Shown here: one piece after another, positions 8,211-17,828 of the stretch
How the letters are laid out: each line of letters begins with the position of its first letter
Position numbering within the stretch: position 1 is the stretch's first letter
Assembly: GCA_018902845.1 (NCBI GenBank)
Contig: JAHIPV010000017.1
Coordinates: forward strand, 16,438 to 80,437
DNA: 64,000 bases
DNA from: Patescibacteria group bacterium
GTDB taxonomy: Bacteria > Patescibacteriota > Microgenomatia > UBA12405
Reading direction: 5' to 3'
The notes under the pieces: model-generated
Seen by the model: only the letters and a program-made list of their open reading frames with translations
Database searches by the model: none
Told to the model about the DNA's origin: nothing
Position numbers and translations under genes: made by a program

Positions 8211-11006
8211 ATGTCTAAAATAAAAATATCCACCAATTTTACCCCAGTCGAATCAAAACCAGATTTCGCTAAAAACGAAACAAAAACTCTTCAGTGGTGG
8301 TACAAAAACGACATTGTCAGCAAATATCTCCACAAAAACGACAACTCTTCCAAAAAATTTTCCTTTTTAGACGGCCCTATCACCGCCAACAACCCCATGG
8401 GTGTCCATCATGCTCGTGGCCGTACCATAAAAGATGTTTTTCAGCGCTACAAAAACACCCAAGGCTTTGCCCAACGATTTCAAAATGGCTTTGATTGTCA
8501 AGGTCTGTGGGTTGAAGTCGAAGTAGAAAAAGAAGTTGGCTTCAATTGCAAAAAAGACATCGTTAATTACGGTTTAGATAAATTTACCAACGCCTGTATA
8601 GCTCGTGTCAACAAATTCGCCAAAATCCAAACCGAACAATCCAAAAGACTGGCCATGTTTATGGATTGGGACAACTCCTATTACACCATGTCAGAAAACA
8701 ACAATCTCTATATCTGGCACTTCCTCAAAAAAGTTCATCAAAAAGGTTGGTTATACAAAAAAAAATCTGCCGCCACCTGGTGTCCCAGATGCGAAACAGG
8801 TCTATCTCAACACGAACAAGCTGATGGTTACAAAGATATTACCGATACTTCCGTATATCTAAAATTTAAACTTAAAAACAAAACCAACGAATACGTATTG
8901 GCCTGGACCACTACACCCTGGACACTTTCTGCCAACGTATTACTAACTATTAATACAAATTTCCAATACGTTAAGGCAAAATACGGTTCCGATTATTTTT
9001 ACCTAGCCAAGGACTCTGCCGACAGACTAAAACTAACTGATTACGAAATAATCGACCCAAATTCACTTTTGAATCTTGAATATGAATCACTTTATAATAT
9101 TCCGGCTCAAAAAAACGTCAAACACTACATTGCCCAGTGGGATCTGGTTGATCCGGTTGAAGGAACCGGAGTGGTTCATGTAGCACCAGGCTGTGGACAA
9201 GAAGATTTCCAGCTCGGTCAAAAACTAAATTCTGGTATGATTGCCCCTTTAGACGAAACAGGTCATTTTATGGAGGGTTTTGGAGAACTTACAGGTAAAT
9301 ACGCCCACCATGTTGCCAATATGGTTTTTGACCACCTCAAAAAAACCAATACTTTTTTTAAACAAGAATCTATCACCCATCGCTATCCGCACTGTTGGAG
9401 ATGTGGCACCAAATGCCTCTTTCGCCTAGAAGACAGTTGGTTTATAGATTGCAACCAAGTCAGACCAATGCTCAAAAAAAATGCTAACGACGCCAAGTGG
9501 ATACCAAAACATATCGGCAAAAGAATGCAAAACTGGCTAGACAACATGCAAGACTGGATGATCAGTCGAAAACGTTTCTATGGGTTAAGTCTGCCATTTT
9601 ATGAATGCAGTTGTGGACATTTAACAGTAATAGGGTCCAAAGATGAACTAAGAAAACTGGCTGTCAATCCAAAACTGGTTGATAAACTTCCCAGCCTACA
9701 TCGGCCATGGATCGACCAAGTAGAAATTATCTGCCCTAAATGCCAAAAAAACATAAAAAGGATTACCGACGTGGGAGATTGTTGGCTTGATGCCGGAGCC
9801 GTTCCCTTTTCCACCTTAAAATATTTAAGCGACAAAAAATATTGGCAAAAATGGTTCCCAGCAGATTTTATCTGTGAAATGACAGAACAAATCAGACTCT
9901 GGTATTACTCTATGCTCTTTTTTGGAACAGTTTTGGAAAACAAAATACCATATTTGGCTGTTTTAAATTATTCCGAAGTACGAGATCAAAAAGGTGAAAG
10001 AATGAGCAAAACCAAAGGAAACGGAATTCCTTTTGATGATGCAGTAGAAAAAATGGGCGCCGACGCTATGCGATGGCTCTATTGCAAACAAAAATCACAC
10101 AACGTGGTTAATTTTGGATACGATATTGCCAACGACGTCAAAAAAAACTTTCTCCTTATTCTTTGGAACACTTATCGTTTTTTTGTTAACCACGCCGATA
10201 ATCAAAACTGGAAACCAGGAAGCAATTTTAATCCAACCCACGTTTTAGATAAATGGATATTATCACGCCTAAACCAAACGATAAAATCCACCACTCAGCA
10301 TTTAGATAAATACAATACAGCCAAAACCACCGAATCTGTCGAGAATTTTATCCAAGATCTGTCTACTTGGTATGTTAGACAATCGCGCCAAAGAACAGAG
10401 TGCCTCGATACCCTATATTTCTGTCTACAACAAACTCTTCTTTTGATAACCCCAATCACACCATACATAAGTGAAGAAATTTACCAAAATCTCAATCAAT
10501 CACATTACAAAGATAAAAAATCCATCCACTTGGAAAATTGGCCTCAGGTAGACAAAAACAAAATAGACTTATCGTTAAACCAACAGATGGATCTAGTCAG
10601 AGAAATTTGTCAATTAATCCATGCCCAAAGACAAAAAGATGCCATAAAAACACGCCAACCGTTGGAATCTGTCACCATAAAAACTATTCACCAAAAATTA
10701 CCCGACAAATTACAACAATTAATAAAACTGGAAACCAACATAAAAACAATAAAATGGAAAATCACAAAATCAGGAACAAAAATTATTCTAAATACCAAGC
10801 TCACTCCTGCCCTTATACAAGAAGGAAAGTATAGAGACCTAACTAGACAAATTCAGATCTTAAGAAAAGAAAACAATTTAAATCTTAAAGACAAAATAAA
10901 AATATTTTCCCCAAATTGGCCAAAATCATTCGAAAAACAACTTTTGGAAAAGACACTGGCAGTCTCCATCGAAAAATCAGACAATCTTAAAATAGAAAAA
11001 GTCTAA
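8211..11006 (+). CDS. ileS: Isoleucine--tRNA ligase, type 2, with non-canonical GVHH signature
   Basis: DGPITAN..GVHH, WTTTPWT, GTGVVH, DWMISR, RMSKTKGN; IleRS2-type C terminus. Confidence 0.93.
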   Translation: MSKIKISTNFTPVESKPDFAKNETKTLQWWYKNDIVSKYLHKNDNSSKKFSFLDGPITANNPMGVHHARGRTIKDVFQRYKNTQGFAQRFQNGFDCQGLWVEVEVEKEVGFNCKKDIVNYGLDKFTNACIARVNKFAKIQTEQSKRLAMFMDWDNSYYTMSENNNLYIWHFLKKVHQKGWLYKKKSAATWCPRCETGLSQHEQADGYKDITDTSVYLKFKLKNKTNEYVLAWTTTPWTLSANVLLTINTNFQYVKAKYGSDYFYLAKDSADRLKLTDYEIIDPNSLLNLEYESLYNIPAQKNVKHYIAQWDLVDPVEGTGVVHVAPGCGQEDFQLGQKLNSGMIAPLDETGHFMEGFGELTGKYAHHVANMVFDHLKKTNTFFKQESITHRYPHCWRCGTKCLFRLEDSWFIDCNQVRPMLKKNANDAKWIPKHIGKRMQNWLDNMQDWMISRKRFYGLSLPFYECSCGHLTVIGSKDELRKLAVNPKLVDKLPSLHRPWIDQVEIICPKCQKNIKRITDVGDCWLDAGAVPFSTLKYLSDKKYWQKWFPADFICEMTEQIRLWYYSMLFFGTVLENKIPYLAVLNYSEVRDQKGERMSKTKGNGIPFDDAVEKMGADAMRWLYCKQKSHNVVNFGYDIANDVKKNFLLILWNTYRFFVNHADNQNWKPGSNFNPTHVLDKWILSRLNQTIKSTTQHLDKYNTAKTTESVENFIQDLSTWYVRQSRQRTECLDTLYFCLQQTLLLITPITPYISEEIYQNLNQSHYKDKKSIHLENWPQVDKNKIDLSLNQQMDLVREICQLIHAQRQKDAIKTRQPLESVTIKTIHQKLPDKLQQLIKLETNIKTIKWKITKSGTKIILNTKLTPALIQEGKYRDLTRQIQILRKENNLNLKDKIKIFSPNWPKSFEKQLLEKTLAVSIEKSDNLKIEKV

Positions 11007-12001
11007 TGAACAAAAGATTTCTTCTGCCTATTTTCTTAAGCCTGCTAATACTTTTTTCTTTTAACATTTTAATGGTAAATTCACTGGCTCCTCAACTGGT
11101 TGGCAAACAAACATTATCATGGGGAATCGGAATCTTTCTATTCTTTGTCGGAAAACAAATTAATATCAAACAAATAGCTCGTTACAAACAAATTATTCTG
11201 TTCACCTCTTGTGTTTTATTATTAATTCCAATTCTGCAAAAAAATACAACTAGGGGTACACTCCGCTGGATTCACATTGGAAACATTCAAATTCAACCAT
11301 CAGAAATAGTAAGACCATGGTTAACCGTAGTCTTGGTCAATACACAACAATACCTTTACATAATTATTCCTGCTCTTTTGGTTTTTTTTCAACCAGATCT
11401 GGGTGGAGCCATATCAACTCTCTCTATCCTCATACCGTTTTTGCTGTATGACCAAAGGCTCCGTAAAACATTATTTATAATTTTGGGAATACTAACCATT
11501 TCTTCCCCATTCATATGGAAATTCGCTCTTCGTGATTATCAAAAGGATAGAATTATTTTTTTCCTCAATCCCAACAAAGATCCAAAAGGAAAGGGGTACA
11601 ATTTAATACAATCAAAAATAGCCATCGGTTCAGGTGGAATTTTGGGAAAAGGTTACAAAAAGGGAACACAAGGACAGCTGTTATTCTTACCGGAAAAACA
11701 CACAGACTTTATATTTGCCGCCATAGCGGAAGAAATTGGTTTATTGGCCATCGCTATACTTCTTAGTACTTACTATCTACTTATACAAACTTTAATTACC
11801 AAGTCTTTTTATAACAAAAAAAACATCACCTCGTTATTCACATTAAGTCTAGCCAGTCAAATCTGGTTGCAAACTTTCATAAATATTGGAATGAATCTTG
11901 GCATTCTGCCGGTTACTGGTACTCCACTCCCTTTTGTTTCGGTCGGAGGATCGTCTATTATGTCTCTATTGTTTTCTCTCGGCATCGCATTTTCATCTTA
12001 A
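11006..12001 (+). CDS. rodA: Rod shape-determining protein RodA
   Basis: SEDS motifs QPSE, GYNLIQSKIAIGSGG, LPEKHTDFIF. Confidence 0.88.
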   Translation: MNKRFLLPIFLSLLILFSFNILMVNSLAPQLVGKQTLSWGIGIFLFFVGKQINIKQIARYKQIILFTSCVLLLIPILQKNTTRGTLRWIHIGNIQIQPSEIVRPWLTVVLVNTQQYLYIIIPALLVFFQPDLGGAISTLSILIPFLLYDQRLRKTLFIILGILTISSPFIWKFALRDYQKDRIIFFLNPNKDPKGKGYNLIQSKIAIGSGGILGKGYKKGTQGQLLFLPEKHTDFIFAAIAEEIGLLAIAILLSTYYLLIQTLITKSFYNKKNITSLFTLSLASQIWLQTFINIGMNLGILPVTGTPLPFVSVGGSSIMSLLFSLGIAFSS

Positions 12002-12009
12002 ATTACTAC

Positions 12010-12058
12010 TGTCATCCCGCCGTGTCCGCCTATGGAAGAAGCGTAACAGAGAGATCCT
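12010..12058. repeat. Degenerate GTCA-type REP-like unit with nested GTCCGCC motif
   Basis: TGTCATCCCGCCGTGTCCGCCTATGGAAGAAGCG...GAGATCC. Confidence 0.55.
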
Positions 12059-12099
12059 ATTGAAAATTTAAACTTTAGATTTTAGATTTAGCTAAATCG

Positions 12100-12108
12100 T
12101 GCTATAAT
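12100..12108 (+). promoter_or_regulatory. Extended -10 promoter of rplU (near-leaderless)
   Basis: TGcTATAAT 8 nt upstream of the ATG at 12117. Confidence 0.6.
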
Positions 12109-12116
12109 CTCAAAAT

Positions 12117-12512
12117 ATGAAATACGCTATACTTGCTATATCAGGATCGCAATATCTTGTTGAAGAAAACAAAATATATACAATTGACAAGACAAAATCT
12201 AAAGAAAACGACATAATCACCAGCGATCAAGTCCTTCTATTTGTTAACGACAAAGATATTAAAATAGGCACTCCTCTAGTTAAAAACGCAGAAGTTGAAT
12301 ATAAAATCGCTAAACACTACAAAGGTAAAAAACTTAGAGTATTCCAATACAAGGCCAAATCTAGATACCGTCGCAGGCTAGGATTTCGACCACAGCTCAC
12401 TGATATTCAAATATTAAAAATCACCATTAATACAAAAACAGCCAAAAAACAACCTAAAACCGTTATCCCAAGCAAAGCCAAGAGGTCACCGCATCCCACC
12501 ATGGCGGGATGA
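12117..12512 (+). CDS. rplU: 50S ribosomal protein L21 with repeat-derived C-terminal tail
   Basis: YAI..SGSQY, KAKSRYRRRLGFRPQLT; upstream of rpmA. Confidence 0.93.
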   Translation: MKYAILAISGSQYLVEENKIYTIDKTKSKENDIITSDQVLLFVNDKDIKIGTPLVKNAEVEYKIAKHYKGKKLRVFQYKAKSRYRRRLGFRPQLTDIQILKITINTKTAKKQPKTVIPSKAKRSPHPTMAG

Positions 12513-12555
12513 CATTCGTTTTGTCATTGCGAGCGAAGCGTGGCAATCCCGTCGG
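12462..12555. repeat. Cluster of GTCA-type REP-like units overlapping the rplU 3' end
   Basis: TGTCATTGCGAGCGAAGCGTGGCAATCCC (12522-12550) identical to 61765-61793; ATCCCACCATGGCGGGATGACA supplies the rplU stop. Confidence 0.8.
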
Positions 12556-12781
12556 AATTAAAACAAACCGATATTTAATCATTTTTCGCAATTTATTATT
12601 TGTAATTTGAGATTTGGAATTTGGAATTTTAAAATTTCAACTTCAAATTTAGTATTACAGTTTGAAATCATTTTTCGCAATCTGTAATTTTTAAGTTATA
12701 ACTTGAAAATTCTTTAGTCCGCCTTTGGCGGAGTAATTTGGAAATTGTAATTTGTTAAAAATTATATATAATTTTTAAACC

Positions 12782-13033
12782 ATGGCACATACAAAATCAC
12801 AAGGTAAAACTAGACAAAAATCAAACCGCATCGGAAAAAGAAGAGGCGTTAAGCGTTTTGGTGGCCAAAAAGTTTCAGTCGGTGAAATTTTGGTTCGTCA
12901 AGTGGGGTCAAAATTCCACTCCGGCCTAGGAACTAAAACAGGCAAAGATTTCACCATCTACGCCATAAAAGCAGGACTTGTTAAATTCTTCAAAAAACAC
13001 GACAAACAGTTCATCTCAGTAGTTAAAGCCTAA
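12782..13033 (+). CDS. rpmA: 50S ribosomal protein L27
   Basis: MAHTK.., GVKRFGGQ, ILVRQ.G. Confidence 0.95.
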   Translation: MAHTKSQGKTRQKSNRIGKRRGVKRFGGQKVSVGEILVRQVGSKFHSGLGTKTGKDFTIYAIKAGLVKFFKKHDKQFISVVKA

Positions 13034-13088
13034 ACTGATACATTTCATCCTATTTTTTTCACCCCTGTTTTCATGATACTTTAATACC

Positions 13089-13967
13089 ATGAAAAGCATC
13101 ACCCAAATCTCTCCTAATCAACTGGAACCAAACCCCTTACAACCACGTGGCAATATCGATCCGGAATCAATCAAAGACTTAATAGAATCAATAAAACAAC
13201 ACGGCATTCTCGAACCTTTAGTTATTGCCCACACTCCGGCCGGTTATCAAATCATAGCAGGAGAACGCCGTTGGCGGGCCGCTCGTTTTCTAAAATTAGA
13301 ACATGTTCCTGTTGTTATAAAAAAGGTCAATCCCCAGCAAATGTTGGAAATGGCCATGGTCGAAAATCTTCAAAGAAAAGATCTAAATCCACTGGAAAGA
13401 GCCAAAGCATTCATAAGACTTAAGGAAGAATTTGGCCTAGACAACAAACAAGTTTCAAAAAAAATATCCAAAAGTGTTCCATATATCATAAACAGCCTCC
13501 GCCTCTTGGATCTTCCCGACACACTAAAAGATGGCTTACTTTCAGAACTTATTACAGAAGGACACGCCAGAGCCCTTGGCAGTATAAGAGATATTAGGCT
13601 TACCATAGAAGCATACAAAATGGTTCTCAAAGAAAAAGCTTCTGTCAGAAGAGCTGAAGAAATAGCCAGAAGAATGAAGAAGAAAATAGAAGAAGGAGAG
13701 GTACCGATAACCAAAGAAAATATTCCACAATTCTTAAAATCTAATCTAGACGATATAACCCAAAACATGAAAACTGTTTTTTCACCAAAAACAACCAGTA
13801 TAAAAATTACTCAAACTAACGTAGTCACCAGAATCACTGTTCAATTCAAAGGATCAGTAGACAACAGATTGAAAAACCTAAACGTTTTATACAAAAAACT
13901 CTGCAACAAACAAATTAAAAGCCCACAGACGGAACCAGACCAATCGAATCAATCGGCCAATATTTAA
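13089..13967 (+). CDS. parB: ParB/Spo0J partition protein
   Basis: NPLQPR, IIAGERRWRA, ENLQRKDL, GHARAL. Confidence 0.9.
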   Translation: MKSITQISPNQLEPNPLQPRGNIDPESIKDLIESIKQHGILEPLVIAHTPAGYQIIAGERRWRAARFLKLEHVPVVIKKVNPQQMLEMAMVENLQRKDLNPLERAKAFIRLKEEFGLDNKQVSKKISKSVPYIINSLRLLDLPDTLKDGLLSELITEGHARALGSIRDIRLTIEAYKMVLKEKASVRRAEEIARRMKKKIEEGEVPITKENIPQFLKSNLDDITQNMKTVFSPKTTSIKITQTNVVTRITVQFKGSVDNRLKNLNVLYKKLCNKQIKSPQTEPDQSNQSANI

Positions 13968-14514
13968 AAAAAGCCTTACCCACTATCAAACTTCCATCAA
14001 TAGGTCCAAACTCACGACCATCTCGCGAATGTGATCTGTTATCGCCAAAACACAAGTATTGACCATCGGGAACTATTCTGGCAATGCCTTCTTCACAAAA
14101 ACTTCCGGAGTCTGTATAAAAATCCGTTGGCAAAAAACTTTGATCAAGCATGGCACCGTTTAAATAAACCTGCCCTCCTCGAACCATAACTTCATCCCCA
14201 GGGACTCCTATCACCCTTTTTATATATTCACACTCATCTTCGGAACAAGGCTCGCTTGGGGGGGCTTTAAACACCACTACGTCACCTCTTTGGGGTTCGC
14301 CAAACTGATAAGAAATCTTGTCGGTTAACAGATACTCCCCGTTGGTAAAATTCGGCAACATTGAACTTCCTTTCACCTCATTTGGTTGAGCCACGAACAA
14401 ATACAAAAGAACAAAAACAGATAAGGCCAAAACTATCGACTGAACAAACTCCAAGATAAAAGAACCAAAGGAAAAACCTTTTTCGGATTTAAAATTAATT
14501 TTCATAAGTACCAT
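13915..14514 (-). CDS. lepB: Signal peptidase I
   Basis: GSSMLP catalytic Ser, YIKRVIG, GDNR..S.DGR. Confidence 0.92.
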   Translation of the reverse strand: MVLMKINFKSEKGFSFGSFILEFVQSIVLALSVFVLLYLFVAQPNEVKGSSMLPNFTNGEYLLTDKISYQFGEPQRGDVVVFKAPPSEPCSEDECEYIKRVIGVPGDEVMVRGGQVYLNGAMLDQSFLPTDFYTDSGSFCEEGIARIVPDGQYLCFGDNRSHSRDGREFGPIDGSLIVGKAFFKYWPIDSIGLVPSVGF

Positions 14515-14567
14515 TCTACAACTACCATTCTCTCCCTACAACCCCATGGTTGTATAATTAAGCACCC

Positions 14568-14670
14568 GTCATTGCGAGGAGTCCGATTAATCGGAGGACG
14601 TGGCAATCCCGTAGGAAATGTAGAAAACATGATTAACAATCCAACAAAATCCCGCCACTGCGGGATGACA
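14568..14670. repeat. REP-like inverted pair upstream of tRNA-Val
   Basis: GTCATTGCGAGGAGTCCGATTAATCGGAGGACGTGGCAATCCC and inverted ATCCCGCCACTGCGGGATGACA. Confidence 0.75.
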
Positions 14671-14697
14671 AAAGTTTAGAAATTTAAAATTTTTAGC

Positions 14698-14770
14698 GGA
14701 CAATTAGCTCAGTTGGTAGAGCATTCCGTTCACATCGGAAAGGTCGCAGGTTCAAGTCCTGCATTGTCCA
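14698..14770 (+). tRNA. tRNA-Val(CAC)
   Basis: Cloverleaf GGACAAT/ATTGTCC; anticodon arm TTCCG-TTCACAT-CGGAA; GTTCAA T-loop. Confidence 0.93.
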
Positions 14771-14777
14771 CATTAAA

Positions 14778-16391
14778 TTACCAAACTTCTCTCAACAATT
14801 TTCCCATAATTACACCCTTACTAATCACAGTTTCGTAGTCCATTTCAAAATAATTTTCTTTCATTTCCTCAAGTAAAATTCCAGCCCACCTATAACTCAC
14901 CGCTCCAAATTGATCCGGTTGTTGGCCTTTTGCTTCTTTCAATCTAGTAATCCTGTCAATCAATGATTTTTCTATTTTCATCTGCCTTAACTTTTCATCA
15001 GCTTCTTCATAAGTCACAGTTCCTGTCAGCTCCGTATTAATCACATCTCCTAAATTTTCTACTAGTCTTGTACTAAGTACCATTTCTTTTTTTCTTTTTC
15101 TAAAAGAAAAAATAACATCCAACAAAGAATCACTATTATTTTCCTCTGCGAAAACAACACAACCTAACAGATCTTCGTCAAAGGGATATTGATTTAACAA
15201 TAAATTACAATCTTTTCTAATCAATTCATAAACAGGATCAGTCCAAAAACCCAAAAACATTTCTTTTTCCTCAACGTCAAAAAAATAAAATTTTGTCTCC
15301 CCAATCGAAATATTATCTTCAAAATATCTCCAACTATCTTCATTTCCGCTGTTTCCGGTTATCAAATGATATTCGCCTCCGCTACCAATAGGTATTACAT
15401 TTACACCACAGCCATTAATATCTCCTCTATTTTCTACTACCACAAAGCCTGTCTCATCTGACTCTACTGGTTCATCCCCACCACAAAAAACCTTCAGATA
15501 AGCAGGCGATCCAATATAAAATACCAAAGAATCAGATAAATCTAAAACATCTGAAACCAAAATATCATCAGCTTCAAAACCAAGCTCGTTTAATACATAA
15601 GCAGTACTATTATCAACAATCTCTCCATGATTAGAAAATACCGAATTACTCCCAAAACCATCAACAATCGCACTTTTTTGCAAAACAGTTCCGTCACCCA
15701 AAAGAGTATCTTCATACCTCAACGGCCTACCATCCACCCATCTTCCCAACAATTTGTCAAATGTACTTCTTTCCCCCAAAACAGCATATTCACTCGTATC
15801 AAATCCTATTCCACCAACAGTCAGCAGGGTATCGGAAATATCCAAAACACTTTCATTTTTATTCTTTACATAATTGTTGACAGTATACAAACCTTGATAG
15901 GGGATTAAGTCTGAACCATACTTAGCAAAATCAAAAACCGGTAAAATATCTTTTAAAGAAGGACTAAAATCCTGAACTAATTCAACAGAAGAAATGGGGT
16001 AATTTTTTTTATTTAACTGCAACAATACATTTAAAGCAATAGAACTTACACCCCCACCAAATTCCGCCCCACTCCACGCATTATATGCCTTAATAGCTCC
16101 AAGATGAGGGCTTCCCAAACTAATTACTTTATTTAATCTTGTATCATCTTTATTATCCTGTGCCCACATTCTGCCGACCATACCCCCCAAACTATGCCCC
16201 ACAATAGTAAAATTCTTCTCTACGGGTATTTTTTCATCTACAAATTCATCAAACCTTTCGACAATTTCGGAAACTGGTCTTCTCCAATCATAATTCCAAA
16301 CAAACAAATCAGCCGTCTCTCCAATACCCACAGTAGTCTCATCCTCATACCCCTTAGATTTTAAAGTGTTTATTAAACCATCGTAATTTTT
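14778..16391 (-). pseudogene. 3' half (537 codons) of an element-interrupted secreted lipase/acyltransferase-like alpha-beta hydrolase gene
   Basis: YDWRR, GHSLGG nucleophile elbow, GSPHLG, GDGTV; frame stays open 60 nt upstream of the ORF-track start up to the att core and is in frame with 48532-49383. Confidence 0.85.
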
Positions 16392-16416
16392 TACAAAAGG
16401 TGTACTCTAATACATC
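16387..16416. other. Left attachment junction (host half-site, AC crossover, element half-site)
   Basis: TTTTTT-AC-AA-AAGGTGTACTCTAATACATC; core TTACAAAA at 16391-16398. Confidence 0.82.
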
Positions 16417-16487
16417 ATAATTAACATCTTTAATTAAATCGTTGCACACAAAGAAGACACAACTAAAAATACTCAGGATTTAATAAA

Positions 16488-16979
16488 ATGAGGTTAAGCA
16501 AAGCTTTTAGAAAAAGAATAGAATTAGGTTATATGGATTTGTATACAAAACTACAAACGAAAGAAACGAAAGTCAAACAAAATACTAAAAAAGTTGACAC
16601 TAAATACATAGTGGCAATAATAATAAGTTTAATAATTGGCGCTTCAGTCTTAGGCTATGGGTTTCTTAATTACCAATACAAAATGAATGCCTTGAATGAA
16701 AAGACAAGATCAGAGGAACAAGCAATTGAACAAAAGAAAGCAGAAGAAGAAGCAATAAAACAACAATATGCTGATTGTGCAAAAGAAGCAGTAAAAAGAG
16801 CACAAGACATTTTAAAAAGCAGGGTGGAACTAATGGAATCCACAGGTAAAACAAACAATACTGAATACAAAATGTGGAAAGAGGCAATAAAAAAGAATCT
16901 ATTTGACAAAGATGACAAAAATGAATATTACAACGATTGTCTCAAGAAATACGGTCTAGAACTTACCGTAGAAGAATAA
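16488..16979 (+). CDS. Hypothetical single-pass membrane protein with coiled coil
   Basis: One TM segment followed by a charged helical region; true start may be later. Confidence 0.55.
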   Translation: MRLSKAFRKRIELGYMDLYTKLQTKETKVKQNTKKVDTKYIVAIIISLIIGASVLGYGFLNYQYKMNALNEKTRSEEQAIEQKKAEEEAIKQQYADCAKEAVKRAQDILKSRVELMESTGKTNNTEYKMWKEAIKKNLFDKDDKNEYYNDCLKKYGLELTVEE

Positions 16980-17003
16980 AATTACAAATTCATTGAGAGA
17001 TAA

Positions 17004-17495
17004 ATGAAAAACACCGTTGCATATCACGAAGCGGGGCATGCTGTTGTCGAGTTTTTTCTTTTTGGAAAAGTAAAAAAGGTAAGCATAATACCAGGCAAGG
17101 AATTTCAAGGTCAAACAACTTCGTATTCGGTAAAAAACCTTGACCCTGATATCGACTTTTCACCCAGAACAAAAGATAATTTAGAGAAAATAATTGTCAT
17201 TTTTTATGCCGGGAATGAAGCCACAAAAAGGTTCAAGGGCCGATACGACTATATTGGATCACAATCTGACTATAAAAAAATTGGTAATATCTCTATCTAT
17301 CTTACAACTGGAGGCAAAGCTGAAGGTTATTTCCTGAAATACCTTAGAGAACGAGCAAAAGACTTGGTTAAACATCACTGGAGTTCCGTAGTCGCTCTTG
17401 CAGAACAGCTAATGGTGAAAAAAACAATGGAAACAAAAGAAATAGAAGATGCTATTAGATGTTCTTGGAAAGGAGGTAAACAAAATGACACATAA
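17004..17495 (+). CDS. Stand-alone zinc metallopeptidase domain (FtsH/M41-like)
   Basis: AYHEAGHAVV, AG.EA, GSQSD motifs; no AAA domain. Confidence 0.7.
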   Translation: MKNTVAYHEAGHAVVEFFLFGKVKKVSIIPGKEFQGQTTSYSVKNLDPDIDFSPRTKDNLEKIIVIFYAGNEATKRFKGRYDYIGSQSDYKKIGNISIYLTTGGKAEGYFLKYLRERAKDLVKHHWSSVVALAEQLMVKKTMETKEIEDAIRCSWKGGKQNDT

Positions 17496-17828
17496 ACCTA
17501 TTTCAGCAAAGCAAAATCTAACAAATATTTTAGAGGCCTATGCTTTTTGTACATTACTTGCATCTATTGGGTTATATCCTTATATCCTGATAATTTCGAG
17601 ATTTTGACAACAAACAAATCGCTATCTAGGAAAATTATTGTGGCGGGTTTTTGGTGGTTTACTTGATAGGATTAAATATGGAACTAGCATTTATTCTCAT
17701 TCTCACCGGTGTGTTTTGTGTAGGCTTTTGGTTTGGTAGAAAAAGCAAATAATATTTAACTTAAGGTGGGACCATGGATTTGTACTACAGGAAAAAAGGT
17801 TCAAAGCTTTTGGGACGATTTTCAAACT

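Noticed and set aside
12513-12781. Missing prp (ysxB) gene between rplU and rpmA
   Set aside because: L27 starts MAHTK with no N-terminal extension, so Prp is not needed; the gap holds repeats
14698-14770. tRNA-Val as the integration site of the island
   Set aside because: No duplicated tRNA 3' end was seen at the far side; the junctions map inside the neighbouring hydrolase gene
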